A stretch of 57,941 bases of DNA from Planctomycetota bacterium (GTDB lineage Bacteria > Planctomycetota > Phycisphaerae > FEN-1346), in assembly GCA_016872895.1 (NCBI GenBank), contig VGYT01000001.1, forward strand, positions 1 to 57,941, written 5' to 3'. Below, one piece after another: positions 44,237 to 54,472 of this stretch (positions within the stretch are counted from its first letter, which is position 1; each line of letters opens with the position of its first letter). The notes under the pieces are model-generated. The model had not been told where the DNA came from, made no database searches, and saw only the letters and a program-made list of their open reading frames with translations. The position numbers and the translations under genes are program-made.

Positions 44237-45298
44237 TCAGAGGATTTCATAACGAGAATTGCGCTGCCGGGGCTGGAACCCGGCCTCGCGGATGAGCCGC
44301 CGCAGTTCCTCCGGCCAGGAGCGGTGGACGCACCCTGCGGCCGCTACCACGTTCTCCTCGATCATCGTCGAGCCGATGTCGTTCGCCCCGAAGTGGAGGG
44401 CCGCCTGCCCGATCTTCGTCCCCATCGTCACGTACGAGGCCTGCACGTTCGGAATATTGTCCAGCAGCAGCCGCGACACGGCCAGCATCCGCAGGTACTC
44501 GGCGCCGCTCGCGGGCCGCCACCCCGGCGGCAGATGACCGCCGCGCAGCAGTTCCGTGCGGCCCGCCTGGAACGGCCACGCGATGAACGACAGGAAGCCG
44601 CCCGTCTCGTCCTGGAGGTCCCTCAGCAGCCGCAGGTGCTCGATGCGTTCCTCGGGCGTCTCGACGTGGCCGAAGACCATCGTGGCGGTGGTGCGCATGC
44701 CCAGGCGGTGGGCGGCGCGCATCACGCCGAGCCACTCGGCGGCGGTGCACTTGCGGGGGCTGATGAGGCGGCGGACGCGGTCAACGAGGATTTCGGCCCC
44801 GCCGCCCGGCAGGCTGTCCAGGCCCGCCGCCCGCAGCCTCCAGAGCGCCTCCTCCACCGGCACGTCCGCCCCCCGGGCCAGGTGGACGATCTCCGGCGGG
44901 CTGAAACAATGCAGCAGGATGTTGAATTGCGATTTCAGGGACCGCAGGAGGTCCTCGCAGTAGTCCAGGCCGAGGGCGTCGTTCAGCCCTCCCTGCATGA
45001 GGATGTGCGTCGCTCCCAGGGCGGCCGCCTCGCGCACCTTGCGGGCCATGGCCTCGCGCGAAAGGACGTACGCATCCGGGTCCTCCGCCCGCCGCCAGAA
45101 CGCGCAGAACAGGCACCGCGACCGGCACACGTTCGTAAAGTTGATGTTCCGATCGATGGCGTACGTCCGGTACGGCTCCGGGTGCAGCCGCCGCGCGGCG
45201 GCGTCGGCCCGGCGGCCCAGGTCCAGCAGGTCGCCGTCCGCCAGGAGCGCCAGGGCCTCGGCGGGGGCAAGGCGGGGGATGTAGGCGGCACGGGTCAT
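44237..45298 (-). CDS. mqnC: Radical SAM menaquinone (futalosine pathway) enzyme, MqnC-like
   Basis: ORF 44237..45298(-). NFTNVCRSRCLFCAF (CxxxCxxC); FSPPEIVHLAR, GGGAEILVDRVRRLISPRK, MVFGHVET and FIAWPFQ favour MqnC over MqnE, from memory of both families. Confidence 0.7.
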   Translation of the reverse strand: MTRAAYIPRLAPAEALALLADGDLLDLGRRADAAARRLHPEPYRTYAIDRNINFTNVCRSRCLFCAFWRRAEDPDAYVLSREAMARKVREAAALGATHILMQGGLNDALGLDYCEDLLRSLKSQFNILLHCFSPPEIVHLARGADVPVEEALWRLRAAGLDSLPGGGAEILVDRVRRLISPRKCTAAEWLGVMRAAHRLGMRTTATMVFGHVETPEERIEHLRLLRDLQDETGGFLSFIAWPFQAGRTELLRGGHLPPGWRPASGAEYLRMLAVSRLLLDNIPNVQASYVTMGTKIGQAALHFGANDIGSTMIEENVVAAAGCVHRSWPEELRRLIREAGFQPRQRNSRYEIL

Positions 45299-46179
45299 GT
45301 CCGGTCAACTGCGTGGCGGGTGACGCGCAGGCGCCCGCCCTCGGGCGCGAGGCCTTCCTCGACGGCCATGCGGCGGAAGGCCCGCAGGCCCTCCTGCTCC
45401 TTCGGCCCTAACTCGTAGCGGACCTGCTCGAAAAGGTGGCGCCGGGCCGCGTCGGCCGGGACGCCGCAGACAGCGGGGGCCTCGGCCGCAATCGCCTCGC
45501 GGGCCGCCAGGCCCAGGTCGCGCGCGGACGCCAGGGTCTCCGTCAGCCGGGCCAGCGGCGCGTCGGCCCGCGCCACCCACAACGCGAACACCAGCGGCAG
45601 GTGCGTCAGGTGCTCCCACTCCTGCCCGAGGTCGCGGATCCAGATGGCCTGCGGCCGCTCGGCCACGAGGCCGGCGTCGCCCATCACCACTTCGGCGTCC
45701 GGCGGCCGCGAGGGCGCCGGACTTTGCCCCGGCGCAGCCCGCCCTTCGGCCTGGGGGGGCAACGCCGGGCGGGCATCCTCCGGCAGCACGAAATGCGGCC
45801 GGGCGCGCAGCCGCCGCACCACGATGATCCGCGCCAGGGCGTTGGATGTGCGGCTGGCGGGGTCCAGCAGCACCCGCCGCAGGCGGTCCGGCTCGGCGTA
45901 GCCGAAGAGGCGCGCGGAGCCGACCGCCCCGCGCGACGCGACGGCGGCCACGTCGAGGGCCACGACGTGGGCGGGGCCGGCCCGTGCGCGCTCGCCGCCC
46001 TCGGCCGCCAGCCGGAAGTACTCCACCGCAGGCAGCAGCGCCGCGTCGGCCTCGCCGCGGCGAAGCACGCCCGCCAGGTCGCGCGGCAAGAGGAGCCGCA
46101 GGGCCACTCCCGGCTCGCGGTCCAGGCCGAAAATCAGCGGCCGCGCGTTCAGGTACGGCACGCACGCAATCGTTATCAT
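45295..46179 (-). CDS. mqnA: Chorismate dehydratase (futalosine pathway MqnA)
   Basis: ORF 45295..46299(-) trimmed to ATG 46179. MITIACVPYLNARPLIFGL is the MqnA N-terminus. Stop overlaps the mqnC start (ATGA). Confidence 0.8.
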   Translation of the reverse strand: MITIACVPYLNARPLIFGLDREPGVALRLLLPRDLAGVLRRGEADAALLPAVEYFRLAAEGGERARAGPAHVVALDVAAVASRGAVGSARLFGYAEPDRLRRVLLDPASRTSNALARIIVVRRLRARPHFVLPEDARPALPPQAEGRAAPGQSPAPSRPPDAEVVMGDAGLVAERPQAIWIRDLGQEWEHLTHLPLVFALWVARADAPLARLTETLASARDLGLAAREAIAAEAPAVCGVPADAARRHLFEQVRYELGPKEQEGLRAFRRMAVEEGLAPEGGRLRVTRHAVDRT

Positions 46180-46251
46180 CCCCGGCACGGTTTCTTGTGC
46201 GGAACCCCTGCGGCCATTATAAGCCGCAAGTCCCCCCGCGCAAAGGTACGT

Positions 46252-46279
46252 GTGGCACGGCCGGCTTGTCCGGCCGTGG
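46252..46279. repeat. GGCACGGCCGGCTTGTCCGGCCG-family palindrome
   Basis: GTGGCACGGCCGGCTTGTCCGGCCGTGG (stem CACGGCCGG/CCGGCCGTG, loop CTTGT). Lies in the divergent intergenic region upstream of mqnA. Confidence 0.85.
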
Positions 46280-46402
46280 CTGCCAGAGACCGCAAGCACA
46301 AACCACGGCGGTTAGAAAAAGGTTGACTCCGCCGCGAGGGCGTTGATAGTTTACCCCCGGATTCGTGGGATTCCGTCCGGCCGCACGGCAAGGGGCGGCA
46401 GC

Positions 46403-46687
46403 GTGGGCGAAGCCGACGGCGCACAACCGGCCCAGGGCGTGACCGCCGAGGAGCGGGCCAAGCAGTTCGTTGCCACCCTCGGCGAAGAGGAAATCATGCT
46501 CTTGAGGCTCCGCGACGAACTCTACGGCGGGCGCTGGGACGCCATGCTGGCCGACCTCAACGACCGCCTTCAGGGCAAACCGTTTGTGTTCAAACTGGCC
46601 CACCGGATACAGGACGATATCGAGCGTATCGAGCGGCTGAACCGCTTCGAACGCCAGCACAGCGTGAACCTGGCGAAGTTCATCTGA
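46403..46687 (+). CDS. Small conserved-looking hypothetical protein
   Basis: ORF 46343..46687; start guessed at GTG 46403 (AAGGGG upstream). Helical, balanced composition (EEIMLLRLRDELYGGRWDAMLADLNDRLQGKPFVFKLAHRIQDDIERIERL). No family recognised. Confidence 0.5.
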   Translation: MGEADGAQPAQGVTAEERAKQFVATLGEEEIMLLRLRDELYGGRWDAMLADLNDRLQGKPFVFKLAHRIQDDIERIERLNRFERQHSVNLAKFI

Positions 46688-46714
46688 AGACCCGCACGGG
46701 TCGTGGAGCCAATC

Positions 46715-48133
46715 ATGAAGGCAGCATGGTGTTGGGCAGCAGGGGCGCTCGCGCTTGTCGCGGCGGCCGCGGGGTGTGCCGGGCCGGCGGCCAGGGCGCC
46801 GTCGTCGGGTGGTGCGGCTGACGTTTTGCCGCTGGCCCCCGCCGCCTTGGCCGACAGGGGCCTGGAAGTGCTCTGGCAGACGGACCTTATGCCCGAGCCG
46901 GGAACGCGCCTTGCGCGGCTGTGGCTGTGCGGCAAGTACGTGGTGGCGTGCGGCACGGACAACCGCCTGTACGCCGCCAGCGCGGCCACGGGCGTCCGCC
47001 TCTGGTCGCAGCAGGTGGCGAAGCCGTTTCAGACGGTCTGGCAGCCGGCGGTGGACAAGGATACCCTGTGGGTGGTCACGACGACGCACCTGTTGGGCAT
47101 CGACGCAGTGCGCGGCCGGGTGGAGGCGGCGATTCCGCTCGACTTTCCCCCGGCCGGTCGGCCGGCGACCAACGGCGTGCACGTCTTTGTGCCGGACGCC
47201 AAGGGATGGCTCCAGGCCATCGCCGTCCTGCCGAAGATCGTCTGGTGGGGCCGGACGACCGACGACAGCATCACGGCCGGGCCCGTCCTGGATGCCAACC
47301 TTGTGTACTTCGCCAGCCAGAGCGGCGTGGTGTACGCCTCGATGCAGAACGTCCGCAGCGTGGCGTGGGAGCACAGAACAGAGGCCCCCGTGGTGGCCGA
47401 CCTGGCGCGGACAGACTCGGGCCTGGTGCTCGTGGCCAGCCTCGATTACACGCTGTACGCCTTCCAGGGACCCAGCGGCCGCATAGTGTGGCGGTTCAAC
47501 GCGGGCGAGCCCATCCGCAGCAGCCCGTACGCCGTCGGCAACCAGGTCTTCGTGTTCACGAAGGGGGCGGGCGTGACGGCCCTGGATGCCGCCAACGGGC
47601 GGCCGGCGTGGGCCCTGGCCGAGGGGGCGGACTTCGTGTCGGCCGACCCGAAGGTCGTTTACATCCGCGGCCGCACGGGAGACCTGCTTGCCCTGGACCG
47701 CGCGGACGGCGAAGTTCGCTTCGTCCTGCCGCCTGTAAAGACAGCGCTGCTAGCCTCAAACGATACCGGCAGCGGCACGGTGTACCTGGCTGCGCCTGGC
47801 GGCCACCTGATGGCGGTGGCTCGCAAGGGCCTGGCCGACGAGATGAAGAAACCGGAGGCGGCGGAGGCAGCCGAGGCGGCGCCGGAAGCAAAGCCGCCGA
47901 CGCCGGCCGCGCCGAAGAAACCGGAAGCGACCGCGGCCCCGGCTGCACCAGCGGCGCCCGCGCCCGCCGCTCCGGCGGAGACACCACCCGCGGCCCCACC
48001 GCCTGCGCCCGCCGCTCCGGCGCCGGCGCCGGCTGCGCCTGCGGCGCCGGCTGCGCCGGCACCTGCTGCGCCTGAGACACCGGCTGCTCCCGCTGCGCCG
48101 GAATCGCCGCCCCCCGCGGCGCCGGCGAACTGA
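46715..48133 (+). CDS. PQQ-like beta-propeller lipoprotein (BamB-like) with Pro/Ala-rich C-terminal tail
   Basis: ORF 46703..48133 trimmed to ATG 46715 (GGAG upstream). MKAAWCWAAGALALVAAAAGCAG lipobox. Repeated propeller blades (VYFASQSGVVYA, TLYAFQGPSGRIVW, VFVFTKGAGVTALDAANGRPAW). The last ~95 aa are PAAPA-type low complexity. Confidence 0.8.
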   Translation: MKAAWCWAAGALALVAAAAGCAGPAARAPSSGGAADVLPLAPAALADRGLEVLWQTDLMPEPGTRLARLWLCGKYVVACGTDNRLYAASAATGVRLWSQQVAKPFQTVWQPAVDKDTLWVVTTTHLLGIDAVRGRVEAAIPLDFPPAGRPATNGVHVFVPDAKGWLQAIAVLPKIVWWGRTTDDSITAGPVLDANLVYFASQSGVVYASMQNVRSVAWEHRTEAPVVADLARTDSGLVLVASLDYTLYAFQGPSGRIVWRFNAGEPIRSSPYAVGNQVFVFTKGAGVTALDAANGRPAWALAEGADFVSADPKVVYIRGRTGDLLALDRADGEVRFVLPPVKTALLASNDTGSGTVYLAAPGGHLMAVARKGLADEMKKPEAAEAAEAAPEAKPPTPAAPKKPEATAAPAAPAAPAPAAPAETPPAAPPPAPAAPAPAPAAPAAPAAPAPAAPETPAAPAAPESPPPAAPAN

Positions 48134-48187
48134 TGCAAGCCGGGATTTCATCCCGGCCTATGCACGCGCCTGACTGAGGGGTGAACC

Positions 48188-49102
48188 GTGCTCGTGGGCC
48201 TGTGCACTTCGTGTTTTCCTGAAGTCAGCCTGCCGGAAGTCCTGCGCTGGGCGGGGGAATCGGGGTTCCAGGCGGTTGAACTGGACGCCCCGCCGCTGGC
48301 GCCCCGCAGCGGCGGCTCGTGGTGGCAGCATAGCGCGCTGGCCGTCTCGGCGCTCGACGGGCCGTCGCGCGATGCGCTGGCGGCGGCGCTGGAAAAGGCC
48401 GGCCTGCGCGCCGCGGCCCTCGGGTGGCGCGGCCACCTGCTGGAGAGCGACCCGGACCGCCGCCGCGCGGCCGCGGAGCACCTTAAGCGCGTCGTCGAGA
48501 CTGCCGGCGTCCTCGGCATCGAGGTGGTGACTCTCTTCGTCGGCCGCGACCCGGCAGCCACCCTGGGCGACGCCATCGCCGAGTTCGCCCGGCGCATCGA
48601 GCCGGCCCTGGAGCAGGCCGAGCGCTCGGCGGTGCGCCTGGCCGTCTCGACCGCCCCGATGGTGGGCTGGCAGTTCGAGGACGTGCCCGGCAACGCCGCG
48701 TTCGCGCCGGAGTTGTGGGAGAAACTCTTCACGCACGTCCGCAGCGGCGCCATCGGCCTGGCCCTCAGCCCGGCGGACCTGGTGTGGACGGGCATCGACC
48801 CGGTGGCCGCGGCGACCGACTACGCCGAGAAGGTCTTTCACGTTTACGCCCAGGACGTGGAGATGCTGGACCTGAGGCGGCAGGACTGCTCTGTGCTGCG
48901 CCCGGCTGGCGGATGGTGGCGGTACCGCGCGGCGGGCCTCGGCGTCATCGACTGGCGCCGCCTCATCGACCGCCTCCACGAACTCGGCTACGGCGGTGCG
49001 CTGGTCATGCGGCAGGAAGACGCCGTCTGGCGGGGAACGCTGGAGAAGGTCAAGACGGGTCTGGCCCTCGCGCGGCGGCACCTGGTGCAGTTCCTGCCGT
49101 AA
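48188..49102 (+). CDS. Sugar phosphate isomerase/epimerase (xylose-isomerase-like TIM barrel)
   Basis: ORF 48188..49102, GTG start. GFQAVELDAP and GIEVVTLFVGRDP are consistent with the family. Confidence 0.75.
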   Translation: MLVGLCTSCFPEVSLPEVLRWAGESGFQAVELDAPPLAPRSGGSWWQHSALAVSALDGPSRDALAAALEKAGLRAAALGWRGHLLESDPDRRRAAAEHLKRVVETAGVLGIEVVTLFVGRDPAATLGDAIAEFARRIEPALEQAERSAVRLAVSTAPMVGWQFEDVPGNAAFAPELWEKLFTHVRSGAIGLALSPADLVWTGIDPVAAATDYAEKVFHVYAQDVEMLDLRRQDCSVLRPAGGWWRYRAAGLGVIDWRRLIDRLHELGYGGALVMRQEDAVWRGTLEKVKTGLALARRHLVQFLP

Positions 49103-49148
49103 GTTAGCCGCCGCGCTTGCGCGGCGGGTTCTGCCGTGAGGCGCAGGC

Positions 49149-50252
49149 ATGCCTACCGTGGCCGACGTCGTGCGTGCCGTTGACCGCCTGGCGCCGCTGG
49201 CGCTGGCGGAGGAGTGGGACAACGTCGGCCTGGTGCTGGGCGAGCCGCCGTGGCCCGTGCGGCGGGTGCTGGCGGCCCTTGACGTGTGCGACGCCACCTG
49301 CGCCGAGGCGGAGCGCCTGCGGGCCGACGCCCTCGTCGTCCACCATCCGCTCATCTTCCAGGCCGTCAAGCGCCTGACGGGCGACAGCCGCTCAAGCCGC
49401 GTGGCGCTGCGGCTCCTTGCGGCCCGGCGGGCGCTTATCGTGGCGCACACGAACCTGGACGCGGCGCCGGGCGGCCTGTCCGACATCCTGGCGCAGATGG
49501 TCGGCCTGCGCGACGCCGAGCCCCTTGCGCCCGCCCCGTCGGCGGGCAAGTGCAAGATCGTCGTCTTTGTGCCGGAGGCGGCCCTTGAGGGCGTGCGGCA
49601 GGCGGCGTTCGCGGCCGGGGCGGGCAGGATCGGAGAGTACGCCGAGTGCTCGTTCGCCGCCGCAGGGGAGGGCACGTTCCGGCCGGGCGAGGCGGCCCGG
49701 CCCGCCGTGGGCGAGCGCGGCCGGCGCACGAGGGTCCGCGAGTTCCGCCTGGAAGTGCTCGCCGATGACGGCCGCGCGGCCCGCATCGTGGCCGCCGTCG
49801 CTCGGGTGCATCCGTACGAGGAACCGGCCATCGACGTTTATCCCGTGAAGGCTGCGGATCCGTGGTCGGGCGTGGGCCGGGTGGGCCTGCTCCGGCGGCC
49901 GATGCGTGCGGCGGTGTTTGCGGCCCGCGTCAAGCGCATCCTGCGGCGGCGGGCGGTGGCACTGGGCGGCCCGGCCGACGCGCTGATTGAGCGCCTGGCC
50001 CTCTGCCCCGGAGGCGGGGGCAACATGGTTCCCGCAGTCCTCGCATCGGGCTCTCAGGCGTATCTAACGGGCGAACTGGCCATGCACCAGGTCAAGGAAC
50101 TCGCCGCCGCAGGCATAGCCTCCGTCCAGGCCGGCCACTACGAGACCGAGCGCATTGCCCTGGAAGGCTGGTTCCCGCGCCTGGCGGAAGCCCTCGCGGG
50201 CCTGGACGTGCGGCTGAGCCGCAAAGAGCGGCCGCCGGCGGTTCTCAAATGA
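49149..50252 (+). CDS. Nif3-like dinuclear metal center protein (YbgI/GTP cyclohydrolase 1 type 2 homolog)
   Basis: ORF 49149..50252. AEEWDNVGLVLG, ALVVHHPLIFQAVKRLTGD and IVAHTNLDAAPGG. Inserted PII-like domain. Confidence 0.88.
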   Translation: MPTVADVVRAVDRLAPLALAEEWDNVGLVLGEPPWPVRRVLAALDVCDATCAEAERLRADALVVHHPLIFQAVKRLTGDSRSSRVALRLLAARRALIVAHTNLDAAPGGLSDILAQMVGLRDAEPLAPAPSAGKCKIVVFVPEAALEGVRQAAFAAGAGRIGEYAECSFAAAGEGTFRPGEAARPAVGERGRRTRVREFRLEVLADDGRAARIVAAVARVHPYEEPAIDVYPVKAADPWSGVGRVGLLRRPMRAAVFAARVKRILRRRAVALGGPADALIERLALCPGGGGNMVPAVLASGSQAYLTGELAMHQVKELAAAGIASVQAGHYETERIALEGWFPRLAEALAGLDVRLSRKERPPAVLK

Positions 50253-50254
50253 CT

Positions 50255-50286
50255 GGTCATTGGTGCTCGGTCGTTGGGCATTGCGG
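50255..50286. repeat. Single-armed heptad-periodic run
   Basis: GGTCATT GGTGCTC GGTCGTT GGGCATT GCGG. Starts 3 nt after the Nif3 stop and ends 35 nt before ATG 50321. Confidence 0.6.
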
Positions 50287-50320
50287 AGGGCGAACGCGGG
50301 CGGCATAGAGGAGGCTGGCA

Positions 50321-51949
50321 ATGCGCTGCGGAATCACCCGGCGGCAGTGGATTTCCGGCGCGGCGGCGACGGCGATCGCCGGCTGCGCGGCGGCGCGGTT
50401 GCCGGACATATCCCCCGACGCGCCGGGCCGGCCGGCGCCGGGCGGCGAGTACCCCGTCTTCTTCGGCGACCTGCACAATCACAGCAACGTCGGCTACGCC
50501 CAGGGGTCGATGGAGCGGGCCTTTGAGATCGCGCGGAACCATCTTGATTTCTTCGCGTTCACCCCCCACGGCTGGTGGCACGACATCGGCCATTACGAGA
50601 ACAACATCGAGCAGAAGTGGCTCAAGGGCTTTGAGGTCACCCGCCAGCGCTGGCCGGAAGTAGTGGACATGGTGCGGCGGTATGATGAGCCTGGCAAGTT
50701 CGTCGCCATCGCCGGCTACGAGTGGCACTCAAGGAGCCTGGGCGACGTTCACATCGTTTTCCCGACGCCCGAAGTTGCCGAGTACGTGCGGTTCGACGAC
50801 CTGCGCGAGTTCCAGGCCTTCGCCAAGCGCCGCGGGGCCATCCTGATTCCGCACCACCCGGCCAATCGCCTGGGCCACCGCGGGGCCAACCCGGCCTGCT
50901 GGGACGCCGAGGTCTCCCCCGTCCTGGAAATCTACTCGGAATGGGGCAACGCGGAGCACGACCGGGCGCCCTATCCCTATGTCCGCCACACAGAGGCCGG
51001 CCGGTGGACCCGCAACACCCTCCACCATTTCCTGGCACAGGGCTTCTGGATGGGCGTCATAGCCAGCACCGACGACCACCTGGGCTGTCCCGGGGCGTAC
51101 CGCGAGGGGCTCGCGGCGGTGATGGCGCCGGAACTGACGCGCGAGGCGATCTTCGAGGCCCTGCGCCGGCGGCGGACGTACGCCGTCACGGGCGACCGCA
51201 TCCTCCTGGATTTCCGCATCAACGGCCGCCTGATGGGGCAGGAACTCCCGTACGTCCGCCGGCGCGAACTCGCCGTCCGCGTTACCGGCTGGGACCAGGT
51301 TGACCGCGTGGAAATCATAAAGAACGGCCGCGTCATGCACCGCGAGTTCCCGATGGACCGCCTGCCCGGCCCCGCCAGTTGGAACGAGCCGGTGCTCCTG
51401 CGCTTCGAGTACGGCTGGGGCCCGTGGGCGGCGCTGGACATGACGCGGACCTGCGACTGGGATTTCCGCATCACGCTGGACGGGGGCACGCTGGAGCGCG
51501 TCCAGACGTGCTTCCAGGCGGGGCCGCTGGATGAGACCCGCCGCGACAGGATACTGGAACGCTCCGACCGCCACTTGCGCGTGCGGTCGTTCACGGCCCT
51601 GCGCCAGCAGTTCGAGGACATCCCGACCAAGGGCGTCGTCCTGGCAATCCGCGGCGGGCCGGAGACCCGCGTCACGGTAAGCCTGGAGTCGCCCTCGACG
51701 GTGTCGCTGGCCCAGCGATTGAAGGACCTGGCGGAGAGCGGCGAGATGCTCTTCACGGGCGACTTCCCGAAGGAATCGGCCATGCTTCACCGCCTGGTCT
51801 TCCACGACCACTACCGGGCTTCCTTCGCCGCGGCCGACGAGGGCGACGGAAGCGGCCCCGACTGGTACTACGCCCGTGTGGTGCAGGCAAACGGCCAACT
51901 GGCCTGGTCCAGCCCCATATGGGTTGACGCGCGGGTGGGACGGAAATGA
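50321..51949 (+). CDS. PHP-domain / CehA-McbA-like metallohydrolase, Tat-signal lipoprotein
   Basis: ORF 50321..51949. RRQWISGAAATAIAGCAA; FFGDLHNHSNVGYAQGS, AGYEWHS, IPHHP and ASTDDHLGCPG are metal-ligand-type motifs. Confidence 0.75.
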   Translation: MRCGITRRQWISGAAATAIAGCAAARLPDISPDAPGRPAPGGEYPVFFGDLHNHSNVGYAQGSMERAFEIARNHLDFFAFTPHGWWHDIGHYENNIEQKWLKGFEVTRQRWPEVVDMVRRYDEPGKFVAIAGYEWHSRSLGDVHIVFPTPEVAEYVRFDDLREFQAFAKRRGAILIPHHPANRLGHRGANPACWDAEVSPVLEIYSEWGNAEHDRAPYPYVRHTEAGRWTRNTLHHFLAQGFWMGVIASTDDHLGCPGAYREGLAAVMAPELTREAIFEALRRRRTYAVTGDRILLDFRINGRLMGQELPYVRRRELAVRVTGWDQVDRVEIIKNGRVMHREFPMDRLPGPASWNEPVLLRFEYGWGPWAALDMTRTCDWDFRITLDGGTLERVQTCFQAGPLDETRRDRILERSDRHLRVRSFTALRQQFEDIPTKGVVLAIRGGPETRVTVSLESPSTVSLAQRLKDLAESGEMLFTGDFPKESAMLHRLVFHDHYRASFAAADEGDGSGPDWYYARVVQANGQLAWSSPIWVDARVGRK

Positions 51950-52767
51950 GCGCGTTTCTTTATCCCCTGGCCAGCGGCAGCCTGGGCAACTCGCTGCTTG
52001 TGTCGGCCGGGCGGACGCGGGTGCTCGTGGACATGGGCATCTCGCGGCGGCGGCTCCGGGCCGACCTTGCGGGCGCGGGGGCCGCGCCCGAAGACATCCG
52101 GGCCGTCCTTCTTACGCACACGCACAGCGACCACTTCTCGGCCTCGGCCGCCGCGTTCTGCCTTGCGCGCCGAGTGCCGGTCTATTCCGCGGCCGAGAAC
52201 CTTGCGTATCTTGCGCAGTGCATGCCGGACTTCGCTGACCTGGTGCGCGCGGGCCTCGCGCGGCCGATAGACGGCGGGCCGCTGGTCCTCGGCGATCTGG
52301 CCGTTGAGGCCTTCCCCGTGCCGCACGACTCGGCGGGCGCGTGCCTGGGCTTCCGCCTGGTGCTGGGGTCGGGCCGCACACGGCGGACGGCGGCCGTGGC
52401 CACCGATCTGGGGCACGTGCCGGCGGCGTCTCTGCGGCACTTCCTGGACTGCGACGCCGTGGTGCTTGAATCGAACCACGACCCGCGCATGCTGAGGGAA
52501 AGCGGCCGGCCGCCCGACCTTATTGAGCGCATCGCCGGCCCGCACGGACACCTCTCGAACAGCGACTGCGCCGAGGCCGTGGCCGGGATCGTGGGCCGCT
52601 CGCGCCCGGCCCGCCTGCGCCACGTGGTCCTGGCGCACCTGTCGCGCGACTGTAACACCCCCCGCCTGGCCTTGGCAGCCCAGGCAGCGCTCGCCCGCCG
52701 CCACTGCGATGCCCTCCGCATCTTCGCCGCCGGCCAGTACGAGGCGGGGCCGGCGGTGGACCTGTAG
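51946..52767 (+). CDS. MBL-fold metallo-hydrolase (YycJ-like)
   Basis: ORF 51946..52767; ATGA overlap with the upstream stop. LLTHTHSDH (HxHxDH); SNHD. Confidence 0.85.
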   Translation: MSAFLYPLASGSLGNSLLVSAGRTRVLVDMGISRRRLRADLAGAGAAPEDIRAVLLTHTHSDHFSASAAAFCLARRVPVYSAAENLAYLAQCMPDFADLVRAGLARPIDGGPLVLGDLAVEAFPVPHDSAGACLGFRLVLGSGRTRRTAAVATDLGHVPAASLRHFLDCDAVVLESNHDPRMLRESGRPPDLIERIAGPHGHLSNSDCAEAVAGIVGRSRPARLRHVVLAHLSRDCNTPRLALAAQAALARRHCDALRIFAAGQYEAGPAVDL

Positions 52768-52918
52768 ATGTCCTCGGGCTTCGAGTCGCGTGGCTACTCA
52801 CAATCGCCTCTTGCGGGGCTGGAATCGTTCTGGGGTGTTAACCCTGTCTGGTTTCTCTCCGCGTTCTCTGCGTCCTCGGCGTTGAAACGGGTGTCCGGAA
52901 AGGCGGAACAGCGCAAGG

Positions 52919-54331
52919 CTACCGGGAGCGGCGTTTGCGGTCTTTGCGTTTGCGTGCGGAGCGCTGGCGCTTCTTGTGCATCGGGCCGAAGAGGTCTATG
53001 CTGGCCATCTGCCGGGCGGCGGCCGCACGCCCGCCGCCGAACGCCCCCGCCTGCTTCATCTGCCGCAGGAGTTCCTTGACCTGGCCGAACGATTTCACCA
53101 GGCCGGCCACGTCCTGCGGGTCGGTGCCGCTGCCGCGAGCGATCCTCCGGCGGCGCGAGGCGTCGATAACGTCGGGGTCCGAGCGTTCGCCGGGCGTCAT
53201 GGAGTGGATGACGGCCTCGGTCTGGTCGAGTTCCGCCTCGTCAACGGGCAGGTCCTTAAGGGCCCCGCCCATGCCGGGGACCATGGCCAGGATTTCCTTG
53301 AGCGGCCCCATGCGGCGCATCTGCCTGATTTGCGCCAGAAAATCGTCGAGGCTGAACTCGGCCTTGCGGAGTTTCTCCTGTAGTCGTGCGGCTTCCTCGG
53401 CGCTGGTCGCCGCCTGGGCCTTTTCGACGAGGCTCACCACGTCGCCCATGCCGAGGATGCGGTTGGCCATGCGCTCGGCGTGGAACTCCTCCAGCCGGTC
53501 GAGTTTCTCGCCCACGCCGACGAACTTGATGGGCTTGCCCGTGACGGCCTTGATGCTCAGGGCCGCCCCGCCGCGCGCGTCGCCGTCGAGTTTCGTCAGT
53601 ATCACCCCCGACAGTTCCAGCGCCGAGTTAAACTCCCTGGCGCTGGCGACGGCGTCCTGGCCGGTCATGGCGTCGCAGACGAGGTAAACCTCGTCGGGCT
53701 TGACGGCGGCGGCGATGTCCTTGGCCTCCTGCATCATCGCCTGGTCGATGTGCAGGCGGCCGGCGGTGTCGATGATGGCCACGTCGCAGTTCTCGTCGGC
53801 GGCGGCACGCAGGCCCTTCCGGGCGATGCGCACAGGGTCGCCGATGCCTTCGCTGTAAACGGGCACGCCTGCCTGCGCGCCGACGATCATGAGTTGCTCG
53901 ACGGCGGCGGGCCGATGGCAGTCGCACGCCACCAGCATCGGCCGGTGGCCCTTCGACCCGACCAGCAGCGCCAGTTTGCCGCACGTCGTGGTCTTGCCGC
54001 TGCCCTGGAGGCCCGCCATCATGATGACCGTCGGTCCGGGCGACTTGTAGGGGATGCGCGGGTCAGCCGGCCCCATCAGGCGCACGAGTTCGTCGTAGAT
54101 GACCTTGACGAAGACCTGGTCGGGGCGGAGGGTCCCCAGGACCTCCTGGCCGATGGCGGCGTTGCGGACCTGCTCCACGAAGTCGCCGGCCACCTGGTAG
54201 TGGACGTCGGCCTCCAGCAGGGCGGTGCGGACGGCCTCGCAGGCCTCCCGGACGTTGCCCTCGGTGATGCGGCCGCGCCCGCTGAGGCCGCGGAAAACGC
54301 CCGCGAGTTTCTCGGTGAGGTTCTCGAACAT
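52919..54331 (-). CDS. ffh: Signal recognition particle protein Ffh
   Basis: ORF 52919..54403(-) trimmed to ATG 54331. MFENLTEKLAGVFRGLSGRGRITEGNV, GLQGSGKTTTCGKLA and DTAGRL. M-domain with a Met-rich segment. Confidence 0.93.
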   Translation of the reverse strand: MFENLTEKLAGVFRGLSGRGRITEGNVREACEAVRTALLEADVHYQVAGDFVEQVRNAAIGQEVLGTLRPDQVFVKVIYDELVRLMGPADPRIPYKSPGPTVIMMAGLQGSGKTTTCGKLALLVGSKGHRPMLVACDCHRPAAVEQLMIVGAQAGVPVYSEGIGDPVRIARKGLRAAADENCDVAIIDTAGRLHIDQAMMQEAKDIAAAVKPDEVYLVCDAMTGQDAVASAREFNSALELSGVILTKLDGDARGGAALSIKAVTGKPIKFVGVGEKLDRLEEFHAERMANRILGMGDVVSLVEKAQAATSAEEAARLQEKLRKAEFSLDDFLAQIRQMRRMGPLKEILAMVPGMGGALKDLPVDEAELDQTEAVIHSMTPGERSDPDVIDASRRRRIARGSGTDPQDVAGLVKSFGQVKELLRQMKQAGAFGGGRAAAARQMASIDLFGPMHKKRQRSARKRKDRKRRSR

Positions 54332-54472
54332 GGCGGTAAGTGTACCGGCGGGCTGCCGGCGGTTCAAGGCGCGGCCGGGCCCGGTCGCGCCGCCCGGGCG
54401 CAAGATTCACTGGCAAATCGCGGCCGCGGCGGGGAGAATAGGCCCGCGGTTCCGGGCACAGGAGGGCTTCAC

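Noticed and set aside
47830-48133. DNA-level tandem repeat or CRISPR-like periodicity (GCGCCGGC.. GCTGCGCC..).
   Set aside because: It is the in-frame Pro/Ala-rich low-complexity tail (PAAPAAPAPAAP...) of the BamB-like lipoprotein. The repeats are irregular codon-level reiteration.
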